64,000 nucleotides of DNA from a virus, in the IMG/VR virus record IMGVR_UViG_3300037452_000118, positions 1 through 64,000 of that record. One strand, 5' to 3'. Below, piece after piece: positions 1 through 10,065 of this stretch. Made by a program: the position numbers and the translations under genes. The first letter of the stretch is position 1. Each line of letters opens with the position of its first letter. Below the pieces are notes generated by a model. The model was not told where the DNA came from, did no database searches, and saw only the letters and a list, made by a program, of their open reading frames with translations.

Positions 1-1
1 A

Positions 2-445
2 CAGAAGCCGAAACCTGAGCCGGAACGTCAGCCGGAGCCGAAAATCGAGCCGGCGCGCCAACGGGAACCGGAGCGGCCGGCGCCTCCTCCCGCGCCCAAG
101 CCGTCGCCCCATGCGCCCGCGGCCGCGTCGCCGCCGGACCCGGCGTCGACCGTGGAGCGCAACGGCATCGTGCTCGATCTCCGGACGCGCGAGGTCGCCA
201 ACCGCGGCCAGCGGGCCCGCATCCACCGCGACGACGGCGTCAAGGCCGTCGCCGCCCTCCTGCGCGTGATGCCGGCGCTGCTCGACGCCTCCCGCCTGGC
301 CTCGAAGGCGTTCGGCGCCGCCGGCCAGGACGGCCAGATCCGCCTCAAGGGGCTGGTCGACAACGTCAACCCGGTCCTGGCGCGGGCGCGGCTCGAGATC
401 AAGACGGTTCCCAAGATCGGATACAGCCTCTTCGACCTTGGATAA
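2..445 (+). CDS. 5'-truncated protein with Pro/Glu-rich linker and C-terminal winged-helix-like (OmpR C-terminal-like) domain
   Basis: Frame of ORF 152..445 is open back to the window start; ends in KTVPKIGYSL, resembling the wHTH terminal hairpin. Confidence 0.45.
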   Translation, partial: QKPKPEPERQPEPKIEPARQREPERPAPPPAPKPSPHAPAAASPPDPASTVERNGIVLDLRTREVANRGQRARIHRDDGVKAVAALLRVMPALLDASRLASKAFGAAGQDGQIRLKGLVDNVNPVLARARLEIKTVPKIGYSLFDLG

Positions 446-1217
446 CGGGGACAGGTTCTGGGGCCGGTGGACGGCCTCCCCCGATTCGCGCTACGCCTCG
501 AAGGTCTCCCCGGCGAGGAAGATTCTCCAGATGAGCGACGAGCGGCGCGCGGCCCAGGCGGGCTCACTTCTGTTGCCGGCGAAGCGCAACGCCCGCCAGC
601 GGATGAACGGCTACGACCTCCTGAAGTCGGTGCGCGACGGCGGCGCCAAGCTGGTGTTCTGTGACCCACAATACAGGGCCGTGCTCGACGCGATGGCCTA
701 CGGCAACGAGGGCGCCCGCCAGAAGGGCCGGGCCTCGCTGCCGCAGATGCCGGAGGCGCAGATCGCCAGGTTCCTGCGGCAGATCGAGCGCATCCTCGCC
801 CCGTCGGCCCACCTCGTTCTGTGGACGGACAAGTTCGCGATCGGGACCGGGTGGCACGTTTCGGTGCTCCGGCACCTCCCGGAGCTCCAGGTCGTCGACC
901 TGATCTGCTGGAACAAGCTCCGGCCCGGCATGGGGCGGCGGGCGAGGTGCGTCTCGGAGTACGCCGTGATCGTCCAGAAGTTCCCCATACGGGCCAAGGG
1001 GATATGGACCGACAGGGCCATCTGGGACTGCTGGCCGGAGATGGCCGACCGGGGCCGCCATCCCCATGCAAAACCTCACATTTTGACCGAAAGGCTGATC
1101 CGGGCGACCACCAAGCGGGGCGACCTCGTTGTTGACCCATGTGCTGGCGGATATGGCGTCCTGGCCGCCTGCGAGCTGTCCGGCCGCGTCTTCCTCGGCT
1201 GCGATTTGGTGACCTGA
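438..1217 (+). CDS. N6-adenine/N4-cytosine DNA methyltransferase (beta-class order); true start probably further in (531 or 603)
   Basis: DPQY catalytic motif, HPHAKP, and C-terminal SAM-binding GDLVVDPCAGG. Confidence 0.8.
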   Translation: MDNGDRFWGRWTASPDSRYASKVSPARKILQMSDERRAAQAGSLLLPAKRNARQRMNGYDLLKSVRDGGAKLVFCDPQYRAVLDAMAYGNEGARQKGRASLPQMPEAQIARFLRQIERILAPSAHLVLWTDKFAIGTGWHVSVLRHLPELQVVDLICWNKLRPGMGRRARCVSEYAVIVQKFPIRAKGIWTDRAIWDCWPEMADRGRHPHAKPHILTERLIRATTKRGDLVVDPCAGGYGVLAACELSGRVFLGCDLVT

Positions 1218-2327
1218 TGGGCAGAGGGCCGACCTTCGACCGGAACGCGCTCCTGGCCGCCTACGGGGCGGCGGAGGGTCGTTCGCTGACGGCCAAGATC
1301 GCGGCCGCCGCGGCCGCCGTCGGCTGTTCTGCGGGGACGATGCAGCGGGCCGTCAACGGCTCCGGGGGAGTCCCGGCAATCGCCGGGGATTCCCGGCGCC
1401 CCGGCAAGAAGCCGACCTTCACCCCGACGATGATCGAGACGGCCTGGAACGCCGCCGTGGGGCCCAGCAAGTCGTCCAGGCTTCGCGCGGCGGCGGCGGC
1501 GCTGGGATGCACCCCGGCCACCGTCACCCGCTTCCTGCGGCGCCACAGCGGCGTTGGCAGGGCATCCTCGTCGCCGTCTGGGCCAGCCCCGATCGAGGCC
1601 CGCAAGACCCTGATCCTCGCCGTCGGCCACCCCGCCACGGTCGAGAATCGCACGCTGTTCCCGACCACCGTCCGCGACGTCGGCCAGGAGTGGCTTCTCA
1701 AGGGCGGCGAGCACTCCGGAAAGATCGGCCGGCGGGTCACCAAGGGGGCCTGGAAGGGCTTCCCGATCTTCACCCTGACGCTCGAGGAGCGGGCGACCTG
1801 TCCGGTATCTTGTGCCCTATGGCATTCGTGCTACGGGAATCACATGCCGATGGCGCGGCGCTGGCGGCACGGCCCGGAGCTGCTGGAGCGGCACCTCGCA
1901 CTGCGCGCCTTCGGCTACACCGCCCACGTCGAGCCGTCCGAGGACTTGATCGCCTACGAGCTCGCGCCACATCGCGACGTAGGCGACCGAGTAGAAGTCG
2001 CCGAGCGAGTGCAGGCGGACGACGAAGCCCTTGGGATGGTCCAGCTCGAGCGCGGCGACCTCCCGGCGCAGCCGCCACTCCAGCTAGCTGGCGCTGATGG
2101 TCCGGGACTACTGGACGCGCCTCGACGTTCCGCGGTTCGCGGTCCGGTTCTCCAACGCTCCGATCAACTCGCGGTCCACGGTCACGCTGGAGGGGCCGGG
2201 CCAGCGGCCGGCAGACGCCGTGATCTGCCCGGCACAATGGTCTCCGTCGGGCAAGAAGGCGGAGACCTGTTCGTCTTGCGCGCTGTGCTGGGGCACGACG
2301 AAGAGAGTGGCTTTCTTGCGCCACTGA
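1217..2327 (+). pseudogene. Gp88-like Cys-rich (Fe-S/radical-SAM-related) phage protein, disrupted by an internal rearrangement
   Basis: TLTLEERATCPVSCALWHSCYG in one frame; C-terminus CPAQ..TCSSCALCW in another frame (2097..2327); the missing middle (GFVVRLHSLGDFYS) lies inverted at 1961-2083. Confidence 0.7.
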
Positions 2328-2676
2328 GCACACAAAACTTGAAAGCGCGATTCGGGAAGGCGTGACGGGAATCAAGATGGGCAGAAACCATACGGCCAAG
2401 GAGATATTCAAGATCGCGAAGGCCAAGCGGCAAAGCGCGCTGGAGCGCAACGAGTTCCGCTACCCCTCCGAGGCCCGCGTCTCGGCGGCCGGCGCGACCT
2501 CGTTCGCCGTCAAAACCGTCGACGACGAAACCGCGCGCCTCATCGCCGAGTACGTGGACAAGCGCGGGGCGAATCGACCATGATCCGCCCGCCGGGACAA
2601 CGGCTCGCTACCGCTTTCCCGCCTTCACGGGGATTACCGGCAACCTTCTCCAGCCCATGAAGGGGGGCGCCAAGTT

Positions 2677-3147
2677 ATGACAATTTTCCGATCCCATTGG
2701 GAGCGCCGACTAGGGCGCTGCGAAAGCCCGATTGAGTCGATATTTCTCTCGCAGTTCTGCGCCGCCGCAGTTGAGTACGGATACGGCGTCGGGCGCACGG
2801 TCAAGGTCCCCTCCGAAACCATCGTCGTCCAGCCGCAGGCGCGCGTCGACCGCTTCCGCGTCGACTTCCTGATCTGGTTCGACTTCTTCGGCGACCGCAT
2901 CGAGATCGTGGTCGAGTGCGATGGTCACCATTGGCATGAGCGGACGAAGGCGCAGGCCGCGAAGGATCGGTCCCGCGACCGCGCGCTCCAGGCCCTCGGC
3001 TACGAGGTCCTTCGCTTTACCGGCCGGGAGATCAATGCTTCCCCTGCGCACTGCGCCTTCGAAGTGCTCAACCGAATCATGGAGTTTCAAACCGCGTGTT
3101 TTGTGAAGGCCATCGAAGCGACGGGGCGCGAGGATGAAATGCGATGA
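2677..3147 (+). CDS. DUF559/Vsr-like PD-(D/E)XK endonuclease
   Basis: FRVDFL, VVECDGHHWH, DRSRDRALQALGYEVLRFTG. Confidence 0.8.
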   Translation: MTIFRSHWERRLGRCESPIESIFLSQFCAAAVEYGYGVGRTVKVPSETIVVQPQARVDRFRVDFLIWFDFFGDRIEIVVECDGHHWHERTKAQAAKDRSRDRALQALGYEVLRFTGREINASPAHCAFEVLNRIMEFQTACFVKAIEATGREDEMR

Positions 3148-3836
3148 TCGACGACGGCCGCTTGCCCTGGGTGCCGTTGTGGCCAGTTAAGCTGCTCAAT
3201 GCACTTGCATCAATGAAACCTGATCAGCAGATCATTTATCAAATCATCCTATGGAGAATTTACGAAGTGGAAGGGCCTTGCCCTGACTCTCTCGACGCGC
3301 TGGCAAAGCGCGGGGGGATCAACAAACGGCGCGTGACCGACGCCTTAGACCCGCTGTTCAAGACCGGCCAATTACTCGCCGTCGCCGGCGGGATCATGAA
3401 CCCTTTTGCGGCGAAAGTCCTCGCCGGGCGGAACGCCCTCCGCTGGGAGCGCGCAAGCGCCGGACGAATAGGCGGACTTAGGGCAGCTAAAAATCGCAAG
3501 GAAAATCAAAGCCCACCCCCTAGCAAGGCTGCAGCAAACAGCAAGCATATAGATAGAGAGGTAGAAGAATCCTTATTCCCTAACGGGAATAAGGCGCCGG
3601 CTTCTAAAGCTGAACCGTCAGCCGAGGCCGACCTGTTCCGCCGGGGCAGGGAGATTCTCGGGGCAGAGGCTGGGGGCCTGATCAAAAAGGTTTTGAAGGC
3701 CAAGGACGGCAGCGTTCCTCTCGCTAGGGCCGCCATCGAAACCGCCGCCACGAAAAACGATCCGCGCGAATACATCGGCGGCGTCATAAGGGCCAAGAGC
3801 AGGGATCAAGATCAAACCGTGGACGGCCGGCTATGA
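3144..3836 (+). CDS. Putative phage replication initiator (DUF1376/YdaU-like)
   Basis: N-terminal LPWVPLWP helical region, AGRIGG motif, position directly upstream of primase genes. Confidence 0.5.
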   Translation: MIDDGRLPWVPLWPVKLLNALASMKPDQQIIYQIILWRIYEVEGPCPDSLDALAKRGGINKRRVTDALDPLFKTGQLLAVAGGIMNPFAAKVLAGRNALRWERASAGRIGGLRAAKNRKENQSPPPSKAAANSKHIDREVEESLFPNGNKAPASKAEPSAEADLFRRGREILGAEAGGLIKKVLKAKDGSVPLARAAIETAATKNDPREYIGGVIRAKSRDQDQTVDGRL

Positions 3837-4144
3837 TTACGGCCGGGGAGATTTTGCGCGAGCACGGGATCGTCCTGCGCGACGAAGGCATTGGGCGGCA
3901 CTACGCCGTCTGCCCGCAATGCTCGTCGAAGAGGAAGCCGGCGCATCGACGGCTGAAATGCTTGGGCGTGACGATCAATGGCGACGGATTAAATTGGGGT
4001 TGCAATCACTGTGGATGGACTGGAGGGGGTTTCTATGACCGGAAAAGTTCTCGGAGCGTTGGGCGTGACGGCCTTCGAAAACCGGGGCATCTCTCCAGAA
4101 ACGGCCGGAAAGTACGGGATATATACCGCGCGCCGCAGCGATAG
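3833..4144 (+). CDS. Stand-alone primase zinc-binding domain
   Basis: CPQCS...CLGV...WGCNHCGWTG, typical of the T7 gp4/Twinkle ZBD. Confidence 0.7.
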   Translation: MITAGEILREHGIVLRDEGIGRHYAVCPQCSSKRKPAHRRLKCLGVTINGDGLNWGCNHCGWTGGGFYDRKSSRSVGRDGLRKPGHLSRNGRKVRDIYRAPQR

Positions 4145-6611
4145 CGGCGACGTCGAGCCGTACGAGCGCGGCAACATCGTCGTCTTCCCGTTCCTGGACC
4201 GTGGCGCGGTAGTCAACGAGAAGTACCGCGCGCCGTCGAAGAAGTTTTGGCAACGCGGCGGCGGCAAGCGGACGTTCTGGAACGCTGACGCGCTGGACGA
4301 TCCTGCGCTGGAGGATGGGCGCCTCGCGCTGGTGATAACCGAGGGCGAGATCGACGCCCTTTCGGCGATCGAGTGCGGCTTCCCGCTGGCCGTGTCGGTG
4401 CCGGACGGCGCCCCAGGCGTCCCGGAAGGCGAGGACCCGGAGAACCTCGCGCCGCTCGACCCGAAGGCGGAGGACACCGGCAAGTTCGAGTTCCTCTGGA
4501 ACAACCGCGAGCGTCTGGCGCGCGTCAAAAGGTTTGTGCTCGCCGTGGACAGCGACGCTCCAGGGAGGCGGCTGGGCGCCGAGTTGGTGCGCCGGTTGTC
4601 GGCGGCCCGGTGCTCGTTCGTGACTTACCCTGAAGGCTGCAAGGACCTCAACGACGTCCTGACGAAGCGCGGCGCGGAAGAGGTCGCCGGGGTGATCAAC
4701 GCGGCCAGGCCTTACCCGGTGCGCGGGCTCTATCGGCTGTCGGAGTTTCCGCAGCATGGGGCGCTGCAGACGTTCAGTACCGGCTGGTGGACGCTCGACA
4801 AGCACCTCCGCCTCTTCGCCGGCGAGTTCATGGTCGTTACCGGAATCCCGGGACACGGGAAGTCCAGTTGGGTGCTCAACCTGCTGTCCAACGCGGCCGA
4901 ACTTCATGGCTGGCGCTCCGCGATCTTCTCACCGGAGATGCCGACGGTGCCGCAGCTCAGGGACAAGCTGAGGCGCATCAAGGCCCGTCGGCCCGTCGAC
5001 GAGTTGGACCGCAACATGATCGCCGACGCGGACGAGTGGATCGAACGCAACTTCGTCTTCATCGACGCGGACCCGACCGGGAAAGACGATGAAGAGTACG
5101 ACCTCGACTGGGTGCTGGACAGGGCGACCGATGCCGTACTGCGCGACGGCGTCCGTATCTTGGTCATCGATCCGTGGAACGAGGTCGAGCACGCGAAGCG
5201 TAGGGACGAATCCATGACGGAGTACATCGGCCGGGCGATCAGGGCGATGAAAAGATTCGGGCGCCTCTATGACGTGACGGTCATCGTCGTGGCGCACCCG
5301 ACCAAGGACATCGCCAAGGAAGGCAAGAGCCGGCCGCCGACGCTTTACGACATCGAGAGTTGTTATTCCGATGATACCGAAGTGTTGACGAAGCGCGGTT
5401 GGTTGCATCACGGCCAAATTACCGCCGCTGATGACATAGCGTGCTTCGACTTGGCAGACGGTAGCGTTGTTTATGCCCAACCGAGCGCGATTCATCGCCA
5501 CGAAAGATGCGGTGAGATGATTTCGCTGCGCGGCTACGGCTACGACTTGCTCGTGACGCCATCTCACCAAATGGTAGTCAAGCCGAAATGGACCGAGCCA
5601 GTCGGCGGCGATGGCACGTACGGTCGTCCGCGCCTTTGGAGAAAATCGAGCTGGCAGAAATGCCAAGCTGCGAAGTTGCCAAGCGCGCCTTTTTCGCTGC
5701 CGCTTGCCGGCATTCCGATTCCGGGGGCGCATCCCGTCGAGATCGCCATCGGGAACAAATCCTATCCGATGAAAGCGTTCTGTCGATTGATTGGATGGTA
5801 CATTTCCGAAGGTTGCGCGGGCCAAACCGGCTTAACTTGGTCGCAGACGGAGAATGCGCTCGCCGGTGATTTCACTGCGACGTTTGCTGAGTGCGGCATC
5901 CCGGCATCGGTCAATTGGCAGGAGCCTTCGCCCACGCGCGGTTACGGCGGAACATTGCGCAGCGGGCGCTGGTATATCGGCAATCGGTTCAGCCGAGAAC
6001 TCGTCGCTTGGTTCCGGGAAAACTGCGGCGAAAAGAGCCACGAAAAAAGGCTTCCAGAATCCGTCTTCGATCTGTCCCCGGAACTAAAGCGCATCGTACT
6101 TATGGCCTACATTGAAGGCGACGGTTGCGCTGCTCGCGCTGGCTGGAGGGCAACGACCGTTTCCAAACGGCTTGCAGACGATCTTCAACGCTTGGCGGTC
6201 GAGATAGGCATCGCGACGAGCTGTCTAGTCCGCGATGTCGATGGATTTCGCAGGCAATATAATTTGAGGTTTGGGCATTCCGGCCGCGTCGAAACGGCAG
6301 TACGAGTCTCACGTAACGTAGAGCGATGTTCCTATGATGGTTTGGTCTGGTGCCTTACTGTTCCGACCGGGGCGTATTTTGTGCGCCGTAATGGGCGCGT
6401 TGCCGTAGCTGGAAACTCGGCACACTGGTTCAACAAATGCGACCACGGCATCGTCGTCGATTGGCCGGATTCCAACATCGCGGAGAGCGTGATCCGCGTC
6501 GCCAAGGTCCGCTTCGAGGAAAGCGGCGAGCGCGGCCAGGTTCGGATGAAGTTCGACAGGTTCTCGGGGCGCTACGATTTGTTGTTGGACATACAGGAGG
6601 GAACGCCGTGA
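4035..6611 (+). CDS. TOPRIM primase / SF4 DnaB-like helicase (T7 gp4/Twinkle-like), intein-containing
   Basis: ITEGEIDALS, AVDSDAPG, KDLND (TOPRIM); Walker A GIPGHGKS; VIDPWN; VAHP; GGAGG RBS before ATG 4035. Confidence 0.9.
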   Translation: MTGKVLGALGVTAFENRGISPETAGKYGIYTARRSDSGDVEPYERGNIVVFPFLDRGAVVNEKYRAPSKKFWQRGGGKRTFWNADALDDPALEDGRLALVITEGEIDALSAIECGFPLAVSVPDGAPGVPEGEDPENLAPLDPKAEDTGKFEFLWNNRERLARVKRFVLAVDSDAPGRRLGAELVRRLSAARCSFVTYPEGCKDLNDVLTKRGAEEVAGVINAARPYPVRGLYRLSEFPQHGALQTFSTGWWTLDKHLRLFAGEFMVVTGIPGHGKSSWVLNLLSNAAELHGWRSAIFSPEMPTVPQLRDKLRRIKARRPVDELDRNMIADADEWIERNFVFIDADPTGKDDEEYDLDWVLDRATDAVLRDGVRILVIDPWNEVEHAKRRDESMTEYIGRAIRAMKRFGRLYDVTVIVVAHPTKDIAKEGKSRPPTLYDIESCYSDDTEVLTKRGWLHHGQITAADDIACFDLADGSVVYAQPSAIHRHERCGEMISLRGYGYDLLVTPSHQMVVKPKWTEPVGGDGTYGRPRLWRKSSWQKCQAAKLPSAPFSLPLAGIPIPGAHPVEIAIGNKSYPMKAFCRLIGWYISEGCAGQTGLTWSQTENALAGDFTATFAECGIPASVNWQEPSPTRGYGGTLRSGRWYIGNRFSRELVAWFRENCGEKSHEKRLPESVFDLSPELKRIVLMAYIEGDGCAARAGWRATTVSKRLADDLQRLAVEIGIATSCLVRDVDGFRRQYNLRFGHSGRVETAVRVSRNVERCSYDGLVWCLTVPTGAYFVRRNGRVAVAGNSAHWFNKCDHGIVVDWPDSNIAESVIRVAKVRFEESGERGQVRMKFDRFSGRYDLLLDIQEGTP
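5361..6416 (+). mobile_element. Intein (352 aa) with LAGLIDADG homing endonuclease
   Basis: N-junction YDIES|CYSDDTEVLTKRGW; block B VTPSHQM; LIGWYISEG and MAYIEGDG motifs; C-junction VWCLTVPTGAYFVRRNG..GN|S; lower GC than flanks. Confidence 0.92.
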
Positions 6612-6975
6612 GCGGGACCGGACCAAACCGCGTCCCTTGCTGCGTCCCGGAGTGCCGGCGGTCTTTCAAGGCGAGCGCCGCCGCGCTGGAGCACGACCAC
6701 GACGAGGTCATGTGCGGGCGCTGCTACCGCACCGTTGAGGCGCGGCTGATCGCGCGCCACAAGGCTATCCACCGCCGCTGGCGCCGCGCGGAGAGGCTGT
6801 CGTATGTGAAGACCATCGCGTCGAAGCCAGCCTTCCTGATTCAGATCAACGCTCTGGATGGTTTGTTCAGGCGGGCCTGCGCGCGGTCCTGGGCGGAGAT
6901 CAAGGAGGATGCGACGATGAAGAGCGCGCTGCGCGTTGAAGGGACCGCCGGCGAGTTGGCGGCAAGGAGGGCTGC

Positions 6976-7635
6976 ATGACGGACCATCCGATAATTTTCT
7001 CGGCGCCCATGATCCAAGCGCTGCTCGCTGGCCGCAAAACGATGACTCGTCGACTTGCATGGAAATCGGCTCGCGTCACCCACGTCGCGATGATCTCTCC
7101 GGGCGAGTTCACCACCGCGATGGCCCGCGATGCGTCGCCCTGGCAGCGCGTGAAGCCCGGGGATCGCTTATGGGTCCGCGAAGGCCTAGCGCTCGGTGCC
7201 ACGAGCAATGCCTGGAAGTATCGCGCCGATGACACTCTGATCTCGATGACATGGCCGGACCATCGCGTCGCGCAGATGGTCGCCTGGGCGCATCATCAAG
7301 AACGCGAGACCATCCCCTCGATCCACATGCCCCGGATATTTTCCCGCCTCACCCTCGTCGTCACCGCGACGAAGATCGAGCGGCTGCAGGACATCAGCGC
7401 GATCGACGCGATAGCGGAGGGGCTCGTCCGGGTACCGCTGGAGGACCGCCTCGACGTTGAGTACGAGTGGCAGCCATATCCGTGCGGCACTTCGTATCCT
7501 GACCCGGTCGAAGCCTTCGCGATGCTCTGGCAGGCCGTTCACGATGCGGAGGCGTGGCGCTCGAATCCAGAAGTTGTTGCACTATCTTTTGAGGTGCACA
7601 AGCAGAACATCGACTCGATGAAGGAGGCCGCATGA
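6976..7635 (+). CDS. ASCH/PUA-like phage protein
   Basis: IIFSAPMIQALLAGRKTMTRR, PGDRLWVRE, PSIHMPR, ERLQDIS..DAIAEG. Confidence 0.7.
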   Translation: MTDHPIIFSAPMIQALLAGRKTMTRRLAWKSARVTHVAMISPGEFTTAMARDASPWQRVKPGDRLWVREGLALGATSNAWKYRADDTLISMTWPDHRVAQMVAWAHHQERETIPSIHMPRIFSRLTLVVTATKIERLQDISAIDAIAEGLVRVPLEDRLDVEYEWQPYPCGTSYPDPVEAFAMLWQAVHDAEAWRSNPEVVALSFEVHKQNIDSMKEAA

Positions 7636-7969
7636 CGCCGCAGGTCAAGGAGCAGATGGTGCTGGCGCACGAGGGCCAGACGCTGATGATGGCCGGCAGC
7701 CACGGCAACGACCACGCCGTCTCGATGGGCCATTGCGTGGTCGACGGCGTGATGAACGCGCTGGTCAGGATGGAGGGGCCGGAGAAGGCGGCGGAGTACG
7801 CCTTCGCCCTGGCCGACCGCATCGTCGGCGCCGTCAAGTCGCCGACCCCGCTGCCGTTCGTCCCGCACCAGATTCCGCCGCCGACGAAGGATTGGTGGTG
7901 GTCGTGGGCGCACGGCTGCCTCGTCGGCTTCGTCGCCGGCATGATCGTCGGGGCGTTCGGGAGGAGCCC

Positions 7970-8290
7970 GTGAAACCAATCGCAGACCTGCCGCTCTTCG
8001 CCTATCCATCATCTCCAGGATTCAAGGAACGGAGCACGTCGATGGACGCAGCCCGCGCCATGACCTCGCGCGCCTCGATCCTGCGCAACCGGGCCTTCGC
8101 CGAGATCGTGAGGGCCGGGGCCATCGGGCTCACCGCAGACGAGGTGGCGGAGCGCCTCGGCGAGACGGTGCTGGCGATCCGGCCGAGGGTCAGCGAGCTG
8201 GCGAAGGCGACGCCGCCCATGATCGTCCCCACCGGCGAGCGGCGGAAGAACAACAGCGGGCTCAAGGCCAAAGTCTGGAGCGCGGCGTGA
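7970..8290 (+). CDS. Small HTH DNA-binding protein
   Basis: GLTADEVAERLGETVLAIRPRVSEL; GTG start overlapping the upstream stop. Confidence 0.6.
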   Translation: MKPIADLPLFAYPSSPGFKERSTSMDAARAMTSRASILRNRAFAEIVRAGAIGLTADEVAERLGETVLAIRPRVSELAKATPPMIVPTGERRKNNSGLKAKVWSAA

Positions 8291-10065
8291 AGGCCGCAAC
8301 CCTCTTCAGTGGCATCGGAGCTCCAGAGGTCGCGATGCCCGGGTGGACCTGGCTCTGGCACGCCGAGGTCGAGAAGTTTCCCTGCGCCACCATGAAGGCG
8401 CGCCACCCCGAATCCGTGAACCTTGGAGACGTCAATGCCGAAGACTTCGTCGAGCGGGCCCTCGCCGTCGGCCGCCCAGATGTCGTTGTTTGGGGCGCCC
8501 CCTGCCAGGACTTCTCCGTCGCCGGGAAGCGCGTCGGAATGGATGGCGCGCGCGGCAACCTGGCCCTCGTCGGCCTTGGGATTGTTGCACGCCTCCGGCC
8601 CCGCTGGATGGTCTTCGAGAACGTCCCCGGCCTCCTGTCCTCTTACAGCGGAGGCGCAGAAGCGGAGCGTGCGCTTCGCGATCGCGCCGAAGGATGCGAC
8701 GAGTTCAGAGGACTCGGAGACGGACAAAGCATGGTGGACGCTGACGAGGACAGTGACTTCGCCGCCTTCCTCTCCGCCGTTCGCGAGTGCGGGTATCTTG
8801 GATGCTACCGGATTCTTGACGCTCAGTTTGCCGGAGTACCGCAGCGGCGCCGTCGCGTCTTCCTTGTCGGACATCTTGGAGACTGGCGCCCTGCCGCGGC
8901 GGTTCTATTTGAGCCCGAAAGCCTGCGCGGGGATTTTGCGCCGCGCCGAGAAGCGGGGGAAAGAGCTGCCGGAACAGTTACGGCGCGCGTTGGAAACGGC
9001 AGCAGGCAGGCCGGAGCCAACGGCAACCTCGCCGGCCAGACCGAGTTCCTCCCGCAAAGCAGCCGGGTCTACGACGAAGAAGGCCTCGCCCCGACGCTCC
9101 AAGCCACGGGCAAAAGGAACGGCCAAAGGACGCCGATGATCGCGGCCTCGACGTCTGGCGACGGCTATTGGCGCGAGGGCATCGGCCCGCTGCGCGGCCG
9201 CGAGCAGGACTCGCACGAGAACCTCGTCGCGGGCACGCCGATGCTGGCCTTCGGCGGCAACAACACCTCCGGGTCGATCGACGCCGCCACCGCCGTCCGC
9301 GCCAAGGGCGGCTCCGGCCACGGCGACTTCGAGAGCGAGACGTTCGTCGTGGCGGCCGATCTTCGCAACGGAACGATCGACGGCGACACCACTCACACCG
9401 TCCAAGTCGGCGGCCAATACCCGAGCGTCGACAGCGTCCCGCACGTCATCGCCTTCGACACGACGCAGATCACCCACCCGGAGAACCGCTCGCGGCCCGA
9501 CGACCGATCCCCGCAGCTGTCGCAGAGCGGCCACCCGCCTGCGGTCGCCTTCAGCCAGCGGACGCGCGGCGACGACGGGCGCGGCTACGAGCGGGAACCC
9601 AACTTCGTCGAGGAGGTCTCGCCGACGATTGAGGCCATCAAGCCGCCGAGCGTCGTCGCGTTCGACTGCAAGGCCGGCGGCGACACCGGCTTCGCCATCG
9701 GCGACCAGGCCGGCGCGCTGCGCGGCGCGGGATACGGCGGCGGCCACGCCGCGGTCTTCAAGCCGTCGCACTACGCCCGCGACGGCAAGTCCAGCGGCGC
9801 CCCTGCCGACCAGGCCCCGCCGCTCACCGCCGACGCCGACAAGGGCGACCAGGACCCCGTCCTCTTCACCGGGGCGGCGGTGCGCAGGCTCACCCCGGTC
9901 GAGTGCGAGCGCCTCCAGGGGTTCCCGGACAACTACACGCTCATAAAGTTTCGTGGCAAACCGGCCGCCGATGGGCCACGGTACCGGGCGCTCGGCAACT
10001 CGATGGCCGTGCCTGAGGTGCGCTGGATATTGACTCGCATTGAGTCGTTCGAGGGGCTGAAGTGA
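8287..10065 (+). CDS. C5-cytosine DNA methyltransferase with long variable region
   Basis: LFSGIG, PCQDFS, ENV, QRRRR, RRLTPVECERLQGFP, GNS. Confidence 0.93.
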   Translation: MKAATLFSGIGAPEVAMPGWTWLWHAEVEKFPCATMKARHPESVNLGDVNAEDFVERALAVGRPDVVVWGAPCQDFSVAGKRVGMDGARGNLALVGLGIVARLRPRWMVFENVPGLLSSYSGGAEAERALRDRAEGCDEFRGLGDGQSMVDADEDSDFAAFLSAVRECGYLGCYRILDAQFAGVPQRRRRVFLVGHLGDWRPAAAVLFEPESLRGDFAPRREAGERAAGTVTARVGNGSRQAGANGNLAGQTEFLPQSSRVYDEEGLAPTLQATGKRNGQRTPMIAASTSGDGYWREGIGPLRGREQDSHENLVAGTPMLAFGGNNTSGSIDAATAVRAKGGSGHGDFESETFVVAADLRNGTIDGDTTHTVQVGGQYPSVDSVPHVIAFDTTQITHPENRSRPDDRSPQLSQSGHPPAVAFSQRTRGDDGRGYEREPNFVEEVSPTIEAIKPPSVVAFDCKAGGDTGFAIGDQAGALRGAGYGGGHAAVFKPSHYARDGKSSGAPADQAPPLTADADKGDQDPVLFTGAAVRRLTPVECERLQGFPDNYTLIKFRGKPAADGPRYRALGNSMAVPEVRWILTRIESFEGLK

